A DNA stretch of 64,000 bases from Chloroflexota bacterium. GTDB taxonomy: Bacteria; Chloroflexota; UBA5177. Position 1 is the stretch's first letter, and each line of letters starts with the position of its first letter. Below are positions 9,860 through 18,815 of the stretch, one piece after another. The position numbers and the translations under genes are program-made. The stretch spans positions 1,185-65,184 of the forward strand of contig JANWJD010000223.1 of the NCBI GenBank assembly GCA_025449555.1. Reading direction: 5' to 3'. The notes beneath the pieces were generated by a model. The model ran no database searches and was not told the DNA's origin. It worked only from the letters and a program-made list of their open reading frames with translations.

Positions 9860-11527
9860 TTACGGCGCTCTGTTCGATCCCTCACGCGCATGCCGGCGTA
9901 AGGCAGTTCGGTACTCTTCGGCCAGCGCGTCCTCGCCTGACTCCTCGTACACTGCTAGCTGTTCAGTGGCCCAGTCTCTCCTGGTTGTCCCATATACCGG
10001 CAAATTTCGCTTGCGCCGGTACAGGTAGTAACCCACCAGCCCCAGCGCGATCCACACCGGTCCGGCGATGCGACCAATTGGGTGAGTAAGGATCACCATG
10101 AGGAGCACACTCGCGATCCCGAACATGCCGATGACCCCCACGATTGGCACCTCGTACGCCTGCCCGTTGCGTCGTACCGTAACGTTCCAGGGCACGCGAA
10201 AGGTACGGGGCGTGTCCCTATCTGTGAACCGTAGCGTGAGAAGTGATACGAACACGAGCGTATAACTGGTTGCGGCGCCGAAGGCGTACATATCTCCCAG
10301 GGTCACCAGCGCATTGGGCGTGATTCCCGCGTACAAGAGTTCGATGATGGCGATCGTGGCGAACGTCACGAGCGAAATAACCGGTGTTGCAAAACGCGCC
10401 TGCACGTAGGTGAATACTTTCGGAGTGAGGTTATTGACCGACATCGAATACATGATGCGAGACGAACCGTACACCCCCGCGTTCGATGAAATCAAAAGAA
10501 GTACAGCGCCCAAGATGGCAATCACGGGCGCGATGAAGCTCCCCACGAGTGGAAGATGGATCGCCAGCCAGGCGACAGGCGCATTTTGATGCGCTAGATG
10601 TTCGGCGCTGCAGGCCGCTGCGGACAGATGGCCGCAATACTGCGGTTCAGTCGAATTGGGGTCGTACGTTTGCCAGGCCACCATACCGAGCGTCAGGTTA
10701 CTCAAGGCAATTGCGTACGCCAGGATGGTCAAGATAAGTGCCACCGAAGTTCGGGGCACCACCGTAGTCGGTCGGACCGTCTCCTGTGCCGCCTGCGCGA
10801 TGGACTCCAACCCAACGAAGGAAATGATGGCAAGCGACATGCCGAATAACAGTTTACTACCGTCAAAATGCATCAGGAAAGCATTCACCTGATGCCAGTA
10901 AAATGCCGGATCGAAGGCGAACGTGAAACCGATAAACAGCAAGGTGGTTTCCACCGCGATGTCGACCGCCGCGGCGATCTCGTTCAGCCTCGACGATTCT
11001 CGAACACCGAGCACGTTGAGACCCAGGAGAAACAGAACGAGCAGAATCGCCTCGATGATGATATAGGGTGGCTTGCTCCATTGCTCGTGGAAGTGATCGA
11101 TGTAGCCGGCGGACGAATAGGCGAAGAGACCGATATCGATCGTGAAATCGAGCAGGACCGCCCACCCGGCCACGAACCCCCAGAAATCCCCGAGGCCGCG
11201 CAGCACAAACAATTGGCCTCCGCCGGCTAGCGGATACATGGCGGAGAGTTCGGTGTAGGCGAGCCCAATACAGCCCTCGAGGAGACCGGCGAACAGGAAG
11301 GCGACGTTCGACAGGCCCTCGGCGAACGCCACGACCAATCCAAGCGCCACGTAAATGTCTGCGCCGACGTCTGCATAACCCCAGGCGTACGAACCCCACG
11401 GGCCAACAGCACGGCGGAGGTGACCTGTGGATGGCGAGTGGTTGACCTGCTCCGGCGCTCGCTCGTGAGCAGGAGTTGCTACTACCGCCGCAACTGGCGG
11501 GGATTCCGGGGCCGAGCCGACTTCCAT
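9860..11527 (-). CDS. APC-family amino acid/polyamine permease
   Basis: 555 aa, about 12 hydrophobic segments, APC-like N-terminal signature (YAWGYADVGADIYVALGLV). Confidence 0.9.
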   Translation of the reverse strand: MEVGSAPESPPVAAVVATPAHERAPEQVNHSPSTGHLRRAVGPWGSYAWGYADVGADIYVALGLVVAFAEGLSNVAFLFAGLLEGCIGLAYTELSAMYPLAGGGQLFVLRGLGDFWGFVAGWAVLLDFTIDIGLFAYSSAGYIDHFHEQWSKPPYIIIEAILLVLFLLGLNVLGVRESSRLNEIAAAVDIAVETTLLFIGFTFAFDPAFYWHQVNAFLMHFDGSKLLFGMSLAIISFVGLESIAQAAQETVRPTTVVPRTSVALILTILAYAIALSNLTLGMVAWQTYDPNSTEPQYCGHLSAAACSAEHLAHQNAPVAWLAIHLPLVGSFIAPVIAILGAVLLLISSNAGVYGSSRIMYSMSVNNLTPKVFTYVQARFATPVISLVTFATIAIIELLYAGITPNALVTLGDMYAFGAATSYTLVFVSLLTLRFTDRDTPRTFRVPWNVTVRRNGQAYEVPIVGVIGMFGIASVLLMVILTHPIGRIAGPVWIALGLVGYYLYRRKRNLPVYGTTRRDWATEQLAVYEESGEDALAEEYRTALRRHAREGSNRAP

Positions 11528-11722
11528 CTAATCTCGACGCCTCTTGCCGGCCCGGGCGGTGAGCAGTCGATCGACCTCGGTGGTAGAAATGCGCCATCCG
11601 GCCCGACCGCGTAAGTTATATCCGGTGAGCTGTTCGGTTCGAAGCCACTCTCGTACCGTTTCTCGGCTGACTTTGAGCCGGGAAGCTACGTCCGGGACGG
11701 TAAGGAATTCGCCTGTGTCCAT
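11528..11722 (-). CDS. excisionase-family (HTH_17/MerR-like) DNA-binding protein
   Basis: MDTGEFLTVPDVASRLKVSRETVREWLRTEQLTGYNLRGRAGWRISTTEVDRLL. AGGAGG lies 6 nt upstream of ATG 11722. Its TAG stop abuts the permease ATG (TAGATG). Confidence 0.75.
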   Translation of the reverse strand: MDTGEFLTVPDVASRLKVSRETVREWLRTEQLTGYNLRGRAGWRISTTEVDRLLTARAGKRRRD

Positions 11723-11784
11723 GTTTCGCCTCCTGGGACGCGACGAGACCGGTAGAAATGTGTTGATACCGGTTCGTGCCCTCA

Positions 11785-11851
11785 TTGATAGGCGACGAGA
11801 CGTTTAGAAAATGTTTAGATCGAGAACCCAGGTATTCAGAAAGTATTCAGA
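11785..11851 (-). promoter_or_regulatory. four phased direct repeats plus a -10-like hexamer upstream of the HTH-permease operon
   Basis: Plus strand reads GTTTAGAAAATGTTTAGATCGAGAACCCAGGTATTCAGAAAGTATTCAGATC. TTYAGA starts at 11803, 11814, 11835 and 11846 (spacing 11, 21, 11). On the coding (minus) strand these read TCTRAA, followed after 11 nt by TATCAA (11790-11785). Confidence 0.45.
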
Positions 11852-11942
11852 TCTCACCCCCGAGTGCGGCAAACGACGTGAACCGGCGCGTTCGCGGCGA
11901 TACGTCGTCCTCAGTAGGCGGCCACGACTCGAGCGTGCCCGG

Positions 11943-12638
11943 CTATGCCAGCAATCGGTATCCGACGCCGGCTTCGGTCGCGATGTGACCCGGTAAGCCA
12001 GGAGAGATTCCTAGCTTCCGGCGCAACGCAACCATATGCACCCGCAGCAGGGGCGTGTCGCCTTCGTACTCAGGCCCGCGTGCTTCCCGCAACAACTGTC
12101 GATGCGTCAAGACTCTACCGGCGTGAGTTGCCAGCACGCGGAGCAAGTCGTATTCGGTCCGTGTGAGATGGATGTATTCCCCGTTTTTCGAGACTGAGTG
12201 CCGCTGCAAATCCACCGTCAGAGCCCCAAAATGGAGAACCGGGTCGGCGGGCTCGGGTGAGGCGCGGCGAAGATTCGCCCGAATGCGAGCCAGTAGCTCA
12301 TCGATCCCAAACGGTTTATTGACATAGTCGTCAGCTCCGGCATCGAGCGCTGTGACTTTATCCGACTCGTCTTCCCTCACCGTGACCACGATGATCGGGA
12401 CAGCCGACCACTCTCGGATATCCCGGCAAACCTGCACGCCGTCCATATCCGGCAGTCCCAGATCCAACAGCACCAGCTCGATCGCGCCGGAGCTCACCTC
12501 TTGCAGGGCCTCGTCGCCTGTACTCGCGGTTGTCACCTGGAAGCCGTGTTTGGTGAGCGAAACCGTGAGCAGGCGGCGCATTTGTGTCTCATCTTCCACC
12601 ACCAGAACACGAGTGCCATGCTTTCCAGACGCGTTCAT
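11943..12638 (-). CDS. OmpR-family response regulator, KdpE-like
   Basis: Receiver plus winged-helix domains. KdpE-like strings LDLGLPDMDG, REWSAVPIIVVT, DAGADDYVNKPFGIDELLARIRANLRR, LRVHMVALRRKL, GVGYRL. Confidence 0.9.
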   Translation of the reverse strand: MNASGKHGTRVLVVEDETQMRRLLTVSLTKHGFQVTTASTGDEALQEVSSGAIELVLLDLGLPDMDGVQVCRDIREWSAVPIIVVTVREDESDKVTALDAGADDYVNKPFGIDELLARIRANLRRASPEPADPVLHFGALTVDLQRHSVSKNGEYIHLTRTEYDLLRVLATHAGRVLTHRQLLREARGPEYEGDTPLLRVHMVALRRKLGISPGLPGHIATEAGVGYRLLA

Positions 12639-14251
12639 TGAGCCACCGGTTCCCCGATTGGCTGGAGCGGCAAACGGACCGTGAACGAAGCACCACCACC
12701 GGGCGTTTCCTCCAGCGAGATCGATCCGCCGTGGGCTTGCGCAACTCCTCGACAGATCGCCAAACCCAGTCCAGATCCAGGTTGCCGATCCCCCTGTTGC
12801 CTTCCTTGAAAGAACGTCTCAAACACGCGTCCGCGCTGCGATTCCGGCACACCTGGCCCATGATCGACGACCGCGATCGAGAGGCATCCCGCCTCTTGAC
12901 GCACGACCAGCTCGATGGGTGAGTTCGGCGGAGTGTACTTCACCGCGTTATCCACCAGATTGATGATCAGTTCTTCGAGTCGAAGGAGATCGATCTGCAC
13001 CGACGAGAGGCCCGGCTGGATGTCGACGTGGAAAGGATGTCGGTCTGTGAGGGGTCGGAGGTGCGGCAAGATGGTCTGAAATACCTCCTCGACGTCATAC
13101 CACTCCAACACGGGTCGTAGCACTCCCGCTTCAATCCGAGACAGGTCGAGCAAGTTACCGACGAGTCGGTTCAGACGATCTGCCTGGTGGTCGATCGCCT
13201 CCAGAAATTCCCGTCCCTCATCGACCGTCCACATCGCATCGGACATGAGCAGCGCGCTCGCCGATGCCTTGATGGAGGCGAGCGGCGTTCGCAGGTCATG
13301 GGACACGGCGTTCAACAGCGCGCTCTTGAGCTGGTCACTCGCCTGTACCACCTCGAGCCGTCGTCGCTCCTCCTCGCTCTGGGCTCGGGCGATCACGAGT
13401 GATGCCTGCGCCGCGAAGCTCATCACGAGTCGGCGTTCCTCGACCTCCAGCTGCGTGCCGGAGCGCTTCAGACCGACTTCCATCACCCCGACCACCCGCT
13501 CCTCCGTGCGAAGGGGAACGTAGAGCCGTTGTGGGCTTCGCGTGCCTTCCTCGGTCGGCAGCATCATCTCGGTGCCTTGCCGAAAAGCCCAATCGGCGGT
13601 TGATTGCGATGCCCGGGACCCACGGCCGCCCCGTACAGTTTCTGCTGCCAGGCGGAGTTCCTGGTCCGGCCCCGGTACGAAAATGGCGCAGCGGTCCACT
13701 CGGAAGACATCGGCAATGCGAGCGGTGATTGCGTCCAGCACGTGGTCCACATCGCGTGTCGACATCAGGGCCTGACCCAATTCATAGAGCGTTTCACTTT
13801 CGCGCGCGCGGCGTCGAGCGCTTTCCGCTCTACCTCTTGCCTGCGCCGCGAGCTGACTGGTGAGCACCGCGACCAAGACGAAAATCGCAAACGCTACCAA
13901 ATCTTCCGTCCGGTCGATCACAAAGGTGTGTACCGGTGGCAGCAGAAAAAAGTCGTACTCCGCCACGGCGAGGATCGCAGCCGATAACGACGGGCCCGTC
14001 CCAAAGGAAACCGCTGTGAGCAGTATGGCCGGTACGTACAGGAGCGAGGCGTCTGGAACGTGCCCAAAATGCTCGAGAGCGCCAATCGCGGCCGTCCCGG
14101 AGGAGACCGACAGCAACGCGACCACGTGTCCGAATACGACTCGGGTATGTCGGTATAGTACGATGGCCCAGGACCTCCAGTTCGCTCGATTCATTGTATT
14201 GAGATCAGGCGGGGCCAGGGCTGAGTCGCGTCCGAAATGAGGATCACGCAC
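12635..14251 (-). CDS. sensor histidine kinase, KdpD C-terminal-type (DUF4118 membrane domain-GAF-HisKA-HATPase)
   Basis: Membrane region LLYVPAILLTAVSFGTGPSL..., GAF-like middle, H-box AVSHDLRTPL, and N/G boxes (NLVDNAVKYT, DHGPGV, GSGLGLAI). The N-terminal KdpD sensor domain is absent. The start could be ATG 14194. Confidence 0.85.
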   Translation of the reverse strand: MRDPHFGRDSALAPPDLNTMNRANWRSWAIVLYRHTRVVFGHVVALLSVSSGTAAIGALEHFGHVPDASLLYVPAILLTAVSFGTGPSLSAAILAVAEYDFFLLPPVHTFVIDRTEDLVAFAIFVLVAVLTSQLAAQARGRAESARRRARESETLYELGQALMSTRDVDHVLDAITARIADVFRVDRCAIFVPGPDQELRLAAETVRGGRGSRASQSTADWAFRQGTEMMLPTEEGTRSPQRLYVPLRTEERVVGVMEVGLKRSGTQLEVEERRLVMSFAAQASLVIARAQSEEERRRLEVVQASDQLKSALLNAVSHDLRTPLASIKASASALLMSDAMWTVDEGREFLEAIDHQADRLNRLVGNLLDLSRIEAGVLRPVLEWYDVEEVFQTILPHLRPLTDRHPFHVDIQPGLSSVQIDLLRLEELIINLVDNAVKYTPPNSPIELVVRQEAGCLSIAVVDHGPGVPESQRGRVFETFFQGRQQGDRQPGSGLGLAICRGVAQAHGGSISLEETPGGGASFTVRLPLQPIGEPVAQ

Positions 14252-14357
14252 CGGTGATTGGTACGTCCAACTTCAGTCTGCCCATGGGACAGTCTGAAAC
14301 TACCCACGCGGCGTAGGCCTTGAATGCAAAGCGCTGTAGCGGTTGCCTGGATGCGAT

Positions 14358-16502
14358 ATGGATAGCGTACCCGACTACCTTCAGACTGGGGACCCGGCGC
14401 CCGACGCACTGAAAGGTTCGTCCAGTATCGAGCCCGAACTGGAACCAGGCGACCTCGAGCCACAGCAGGACACCGGCCGGAATCAGGCAACGTCACTGCT
14501 GATGCAGGCGCCCGCGGCCATCGCTGTCCTTCGTGGCCCAAACCACGTGTTTGAACTGGTAAATCCGCTGTATGAACGGATGGTGGGCCGAAAAGCCGGC
14601 GATCTGATGGGGCGACCTGGCCGGGACGTCCTCCCGCGAGTGACTGACGGACGGATGTGGGAAATCCTCGATCGCATGTATGTCACAGGGGAGCCATACG
14701 ACGCGGGCGAAGTGGAACTTCCACGCAGTCAGTACGACGACCACCCGGGAGAATTGAGCTGGTACAACATCGTGAGCCAGCCGACGTTCGACCACGTCGG
14801 AGCGGTGGATGGCATTCTCCTGCACGCGGTGGATGTAACGGAACAGGTGCGCTCCCGCCAACGCGTCGAGGAACTCGTAGCGGAACTGGAAACCGAGCGT
14901 GCCCGTCTCAGTCTGGGCCAGAGAGTGGGCAAGATCGGGACTTTCGACCGCGACGTTGTGCACGATCGGGTCATATGGGCAGCAGATCTCGAAGCGCTGT
15001 ATGGCTACGAGCCCGGCGAACTTCAGGGCTCCGGGCGGGACTGGATGTCGATGGTGTATCCCGACGACCGGTTGCGGGTCAGGGACTCTATAGCGCGATC
15101 CATGTCCGAACGTCAGCCGATCCATGTCGAGTTTCGGATCATTCGGAAGGACGGATCTTCGGCTTGGATGCGGGCGGACGGGATGGTGCAATACGGTGAA
15201 GACGGATCGGCGCAGCGGGTCATCGGCGTGAATGTTGACATAACGGAACGGAAACTGGCCGAAGACAACCTCAGGTTTCTGTCCAATGCCAGCACCCTGC
15301 TGTCGACGTCTCTGGACTACGATTCCACCCTGAACACGGTGGCCACGCTCGCCGTGCCAAACGTGGGAGACTGGTGCTCGATTGAAATGCTTGACCCCGA
15401 GGGAGAGCTACAGTCGGTCGCAGTCGTGCACAAAGACCCGGAACGCGTCGAGTGGGCGCGCGAGCTTCGAGCTCAGTCTCCGATCGACATGTCCTCACCT
15501 CAGGGGCTTCCGCAGGTCTTGCGCAGTGGGAATTCGGAGCTCTATCCACACATTACTGACGAAATGCTGGTGGCTTCGGCGCGTGACGAGCGAGAGTTGT
15601 CGCTCGCCCGCAGCCTCGGCATGACATCTGCCATGATCGTGCCAATCTGGTCCGGTGGCATGCCAATCGGTGGGATCACCCTGGTTACCACGGAATCACG
15701 CCGTCGTTATACCGAAACAGATCTTGCCATGGCCGAGGAACTGGCCAGCCGGGCATCGCTCGCCATCGACAATGCGCGCCTCTATCGGCAAGCCCAAACT
15801 GCGCTCGCGCTGCGCGACGAGTTCATCTCGATCGCATCGCACGAGCTCAAAACGCCGGTGACGAGCCTGAAACTGTATGCCCAGATGGTCGGCAGACAGG
15901 CTCTACGAAAAGGGGATGACGCGACCGTCCTTCAGCTTTCGAAAATGGAAAGCCAGGTAGATAAACTCACCAAGCTCATTGCCAACTTGCTCGACGTGTC
16001 CAAAATTGAGGCCGGGAAGCTCGAGCATCAGGTCGAAGAATTCGACCTGGTCGAACTGGTGCGAGAGGTTGCGGAGAGCCCGAAGGCGGTCGATGAGTCC
16101 CATGCGGTCTGGGTCGAAGCCTGCGATCCCATCGTCCTCACCGGTGACCGAGATCGCATCGGACAGGTCATTCTCAATCTTCTCGCCAATGCCATCAAGT
16201 ATTCGCCCAACTCCGAAAAGGTGGAGATGCGCGTTCTCCGAGACGGCATGACCGCGACGGTCGACGTGCACGACTTCGGGATCGGCATAGATCCACGATT
16301 CCACAACCACGTGTTCGATCGCTTCTTTCAGGTCGCCGACCCGGAGGAGCGGACCTTCCCGGGGCTCGGATTGGGCCTCTATATCTCACGAGAAATAGCG
16401 CGTCGTCATGGCGGTGACATCACGGTGGACAGTACGAAAGGAAACGGATCAACCTTTTCGCTCGTCCTTCCACTTCCCGGCGGCGCCCCTCAGGCATCAT
16501 GA
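14358..16502 (+). CDS. PAS/PAS/GAF sensor histidine kinase
   Basis: Two PAS-like regions, a GAF-like region, H-box IASHELKTPV, NLLANAIKYS, DFGIGI, GLGLGLYISREI. ATG 14358 is preferred over TTG 14343. Confidence 0.9.
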   Translation: MDSVPDYLQTGDPAPDALKGSSSIEPELEPGDLEPQQDTGRNQATSLLMQAPAAIAVLRGPNHVFELVNPLYERMVGRKAGDLMGRPGRDVLPRVTDGRMWEILDRMYVTGEPYDAGEVELPRSQYDDHPGELSWYNIVSQPTFDHVGAVDGILLHAVDVTEQVRSRQRVEELVAELETERARLSLGQRVGKIGTFDRDVVHDRVIWAADLEALYGYEPGELQGSGRDWMSMVYPDDRLRVRDSIARSMSERQPIHVEFRIIRKDGSSAWMRADGMVQYGEDGSAQRVIGVNVDITERKLAEDNLRFLSNASTLLSTSLDYDSTLNTVATLAVPNVGDWCSIEMLDPEGELQSVAVVHKDPERVEWARELRAQSPIDMSSPQGLPQVLRSGNSELYPHITDEMLVASARDERELSLARSLGMTSAMIVPIWSGGMPIGGITLVTTESRRRYTETDLAMAEELASRASLAIDNARLYRQAQTALALRDEFISIASHELKTPVTSLKLYAQMVGRQALRKGDDATVLQLSKMESQVDKLTKLIANLLDVSKIEAGKLEHQVEEFDLVELVREVAESPKAVDESHAVWVEACDPIVLTGDRDRIGQVILNLLANAIKYSPNSEKVEMRVLRDGMTATVDVHDFGIGIDPRFHNHVFDRFFQVADPEERTFPGLGLGLYISREIARRHGGDITVDSTKGNGSTFSLVLPLPGGAPQAS

Positions 16503-16864
16503 CGAAGCACATTCTGGTCGTGGACGACGATCCCGACATCCTCGACGCGATCGAGTGGCTGCTCGTGGATGCGGGCTACGAGGTCCGTACCTCCGACAAG
16601 GGAGATTCAGCTGAGAACCTGCGTGATACCAACGGGGGATTACCGGACCTCATCATTCTGGATGTCCTCCTCTCCGGCAAAGATGGTCGGACAATTTGCC
16701 GGCATCTCAAGAGCCGGCCCGACACTCGCGGCATCCCGATCGTCATGATTTCGGCGCACCCGGGAGCGGCGGGATCGGTGCGCGCCGTCGGCGCCGACGA
16801 CTTTGTCGCCAAACCGTTTGACGTTGATGTGCTACTGGCTGCCGTGGAGCGCCATCTGCGGTAG
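16499..16864 (+). CDS. single-domain response regulator (CheY-like receiver)
   Basis: ILVVDDDPDILDAI..., DLIILDVLLSGKDG, ISAH, DDFVAKPFDVDVLL. ATGA overlap with the upstream kinase. Confidence 0.9.
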   Translation: MTKHILVVDDDPDILDAIEWLLVDAGYEVRTSDKGDSAENLRDTNGGLPDLIILDVLLSGKDGRTICRHLKSRPDTRGIPIVMISAHPGAAGSVRAVGADDFVAKPFDVDVLLAAVERHLR

Positions 16865-16948
16865 CTCACATAGCCAGGTCCTCGATACCGGTGGCCCGCC
16901 CTTGTCTCGACCGTTCCGCAAACAACGGTAGAATCACGTAACTCAACG

Positions 16949-17995
16949 ATGGGGGTCGTCATGGCCGAGCAACCTCGCCTGCGGTGGGGGATCCTGGGAG
17001 ACGCCGCGATCAACGATGCGTTTATACCCGGCGTGATGGCTGCTTCCAACGGTGAACTTGCAGCCATCGCAAGTCGGCGCCCGGAGGCTGGGGCTCGATC
17101 TGCGGCTCGATGGTCCATTCCCACAGTTCATGCCTCGTACGACGATCTGTTGGCGGACAGTGAGGTCGACGCGGTGTACATACCGCTTCCCAACCACCTG
17201 CATGCAGAATGGACCGTGCGCGCGGCCGATGCCGGCAAGCATGTCCTGTGCGAAAAACCGCTCGCGCTCACTCTGGAGGAGATTGACGATATCGAGCTAG
17301 CGGCGGAGCGGAATCACGTCCAGGTCATGGAAGCAGTCATGTATCGGTTCCTTCTGCGCTGGCGCAAGGCCGAGGAATTGGTGTGGTCGGGTGCAATCGG
17401 CGATCCGCGGGTCGTCCGGATCGGATTCGCCTTCTATCATCCTTCGGCCGGATACAACATTCGTTTCGATCCGGCCGTCGGAGGTGGCATCATCTGGGAC
17501 ATGGGCTGCTACGCCGTCAATATGGCCCGGATGCTGCTGCGTGCCGAGCCCATTTCCGCCTACGCCACCCCACACAGTCGTCCCGGAGCAGAAGTAGAGA
17601 CCTCGGTTGAAATGATCCTTCGTTTCCCGGAAGACCGCTCCGAACTCGCGCACGTGAGCTTCGATTACGCCAATCCCTACAGCCAGGCGGAAGTGGTGGG
17701 AACCGAAGGGTGGATCTCCCTTCCCGGCACCGGCTTTCGCCGAGAGCCGGCCACCTTTCTGCTGCACCATCATTACGACCATCCAGACGATGAAATCTTC
17801 CTGCACAAGGCGGAGCCGGAGACCGAGCGCTTCCCGCTGATCGATCCATACCAACTCGAGGCTGAGCACTTTGCCGATGCTGTGCTGGGCAAAGCCCGGT
17901 TGCGATACGGGATCGACGATGCACGGCACAACACGAAAGCGCTCCTCGCTCTGCACGAATCGGCGCGAACAGGCATGGAAGTGTCGATCGACTGA
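16949..17995 (+). CDS. Gfo/Idh/MocA family oxidoreductase
   Basis: N-terminal Rossmann region (LRWGILGDAAINDAF), EKPLALTLEE motif and family-typical C-terminal domain. Confidence 0.9.
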   Translation: MGVVMAEQPRLRWGILGDAAINDAFIPGVMAASNGELAAIASRRPEAGARSAARWSIPTVHASYDDLLADSEVDAVYIPLPNHLHAEWTVRAADAGKHVLCEKPLALTLEEIDDIELAAERNHVQVMEAVMYRFLLRWRKAEELVWSGAIGDPRVVRIGFAFYHPSAGYNIRFDPAVGGGIIWDMGCYAVNMARMLLRAEPISAYATPHSRPGAEVETSVEMILRFPEDRSELAHVSFDYANPYSQAEVVGTEGWISLPGTGFRREPATFLLHHHYDHPDDEIFLHKAEPETERFPLIDPYQLEAEHFADAVLGKARLRYGIDDARHNTKALLALHESARTGMEVSID

Positions 17996-18077
17996 TGAAT
18001 CTGCGCGACTCGGTTCGCCCCCACACCGTCCGCCAAACTCATCTTGACCTGGAACCGCGCACTCATCCGACGCCGCC

Positions 18078-18815
18078 ATGAGGCTGGCTCTCTTCATCAC
18101 GTGTTTCAACGACACGTTGTTTCCAGAGACCGGTCAGGCGATGATCCGGCTGTTCGACCGACTCGGATACCCGCTCGACTTTCCGTTCGAACAAACCTGT
18201 TGCGGTCAAATGCACTTCAACACCGGCTACCAGCGCGAAGTCGTACCTCTGGTGCGCCGGTTCGTAAGGACTTTTGAATCGTACGATGTCATAGTCTCCC
18301 CGTCTGCCTCCTGCGTAGGAATGGTGCGCGAGTATTACAGCCGTGTGGCAGAGCTCTCGGGTGACGTCCATCTGGCCGCGGCGGTTTCACACATCAAAGC
18401 TCGGGTGAGGGAGTTCAGCGAGTTCCTGGTGCTTGATCGGGGTCTTCAGGACGTCGGATCGTACTTTCCGCACCGCGTCACCTACCATCCAACCTGTCAC
18501 TCCCTCCGTGTGCTGGCCGTGGGCGACGCGCCACTTCAACTCTTGCGCGCAGTTCGCGGTATCGACCTCGTGGAGTTGCCGGCTGCCGACGAGTGTTGCG
18601 GCTTTGGCGGCACATTTGCCCTGAAGAACGCCGACGTGTCCAGATCGATGCTTGCAGACAAATGCCGCCATGTGCTCGAAACCGGGGCGGACGTCTGTTC
18701 GGCGGCCGATAACTCCTGCCTCATGCATATCGGCGGTGCGTTGCATCATGACCGGTCCGGCGTCCGGACGATGCATCTGGTTGAAATCCTGGCCGGCACG
18801 GAGCAGAGGCCATGA
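18078..18815 (+). CDS. lutA: lactate utilization protein A (CCG-domain Fe-S oxidoreductase, YkgE-like)
   Basis: MRLALFITCFNDTLFPETGQA...CCGQ and a second CCG motif (ECCGFGG). First gene of a three-gene LUD cluster. Confidence 0.85.
   Translation: MRLALFITCFNDTLFPETGQAMIRLFDRLGYPLDFPFEQTCCGQMHFNTGYQREVVPLVRRFVRTFESYDVIVSPSASCVGMVREYYSRVAELSGDVHLAAAVSHIKARVREFSEFLVLDRGLQDVGSYFPHRVTYHPTCHSLRVLAVGDAPLQLLRAVRGIDLVELPAADECCGFGGTFALKNADVSRSMLADKCRHVLETGADVCSAADNSCLMHIGGALHHDRSGVRTMHLVEILAGTEQRP

Noticed and set aside
9841-9880. GTTCGATCCCTCAC, a string resembling a tRNA T-arm/acceptor and a possible att remnant
   Set aside because: It is only a ~13-nt imperfect match and lies inside the 3' coding end of the permease gene. 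Chance similarity is the simplest explanation.
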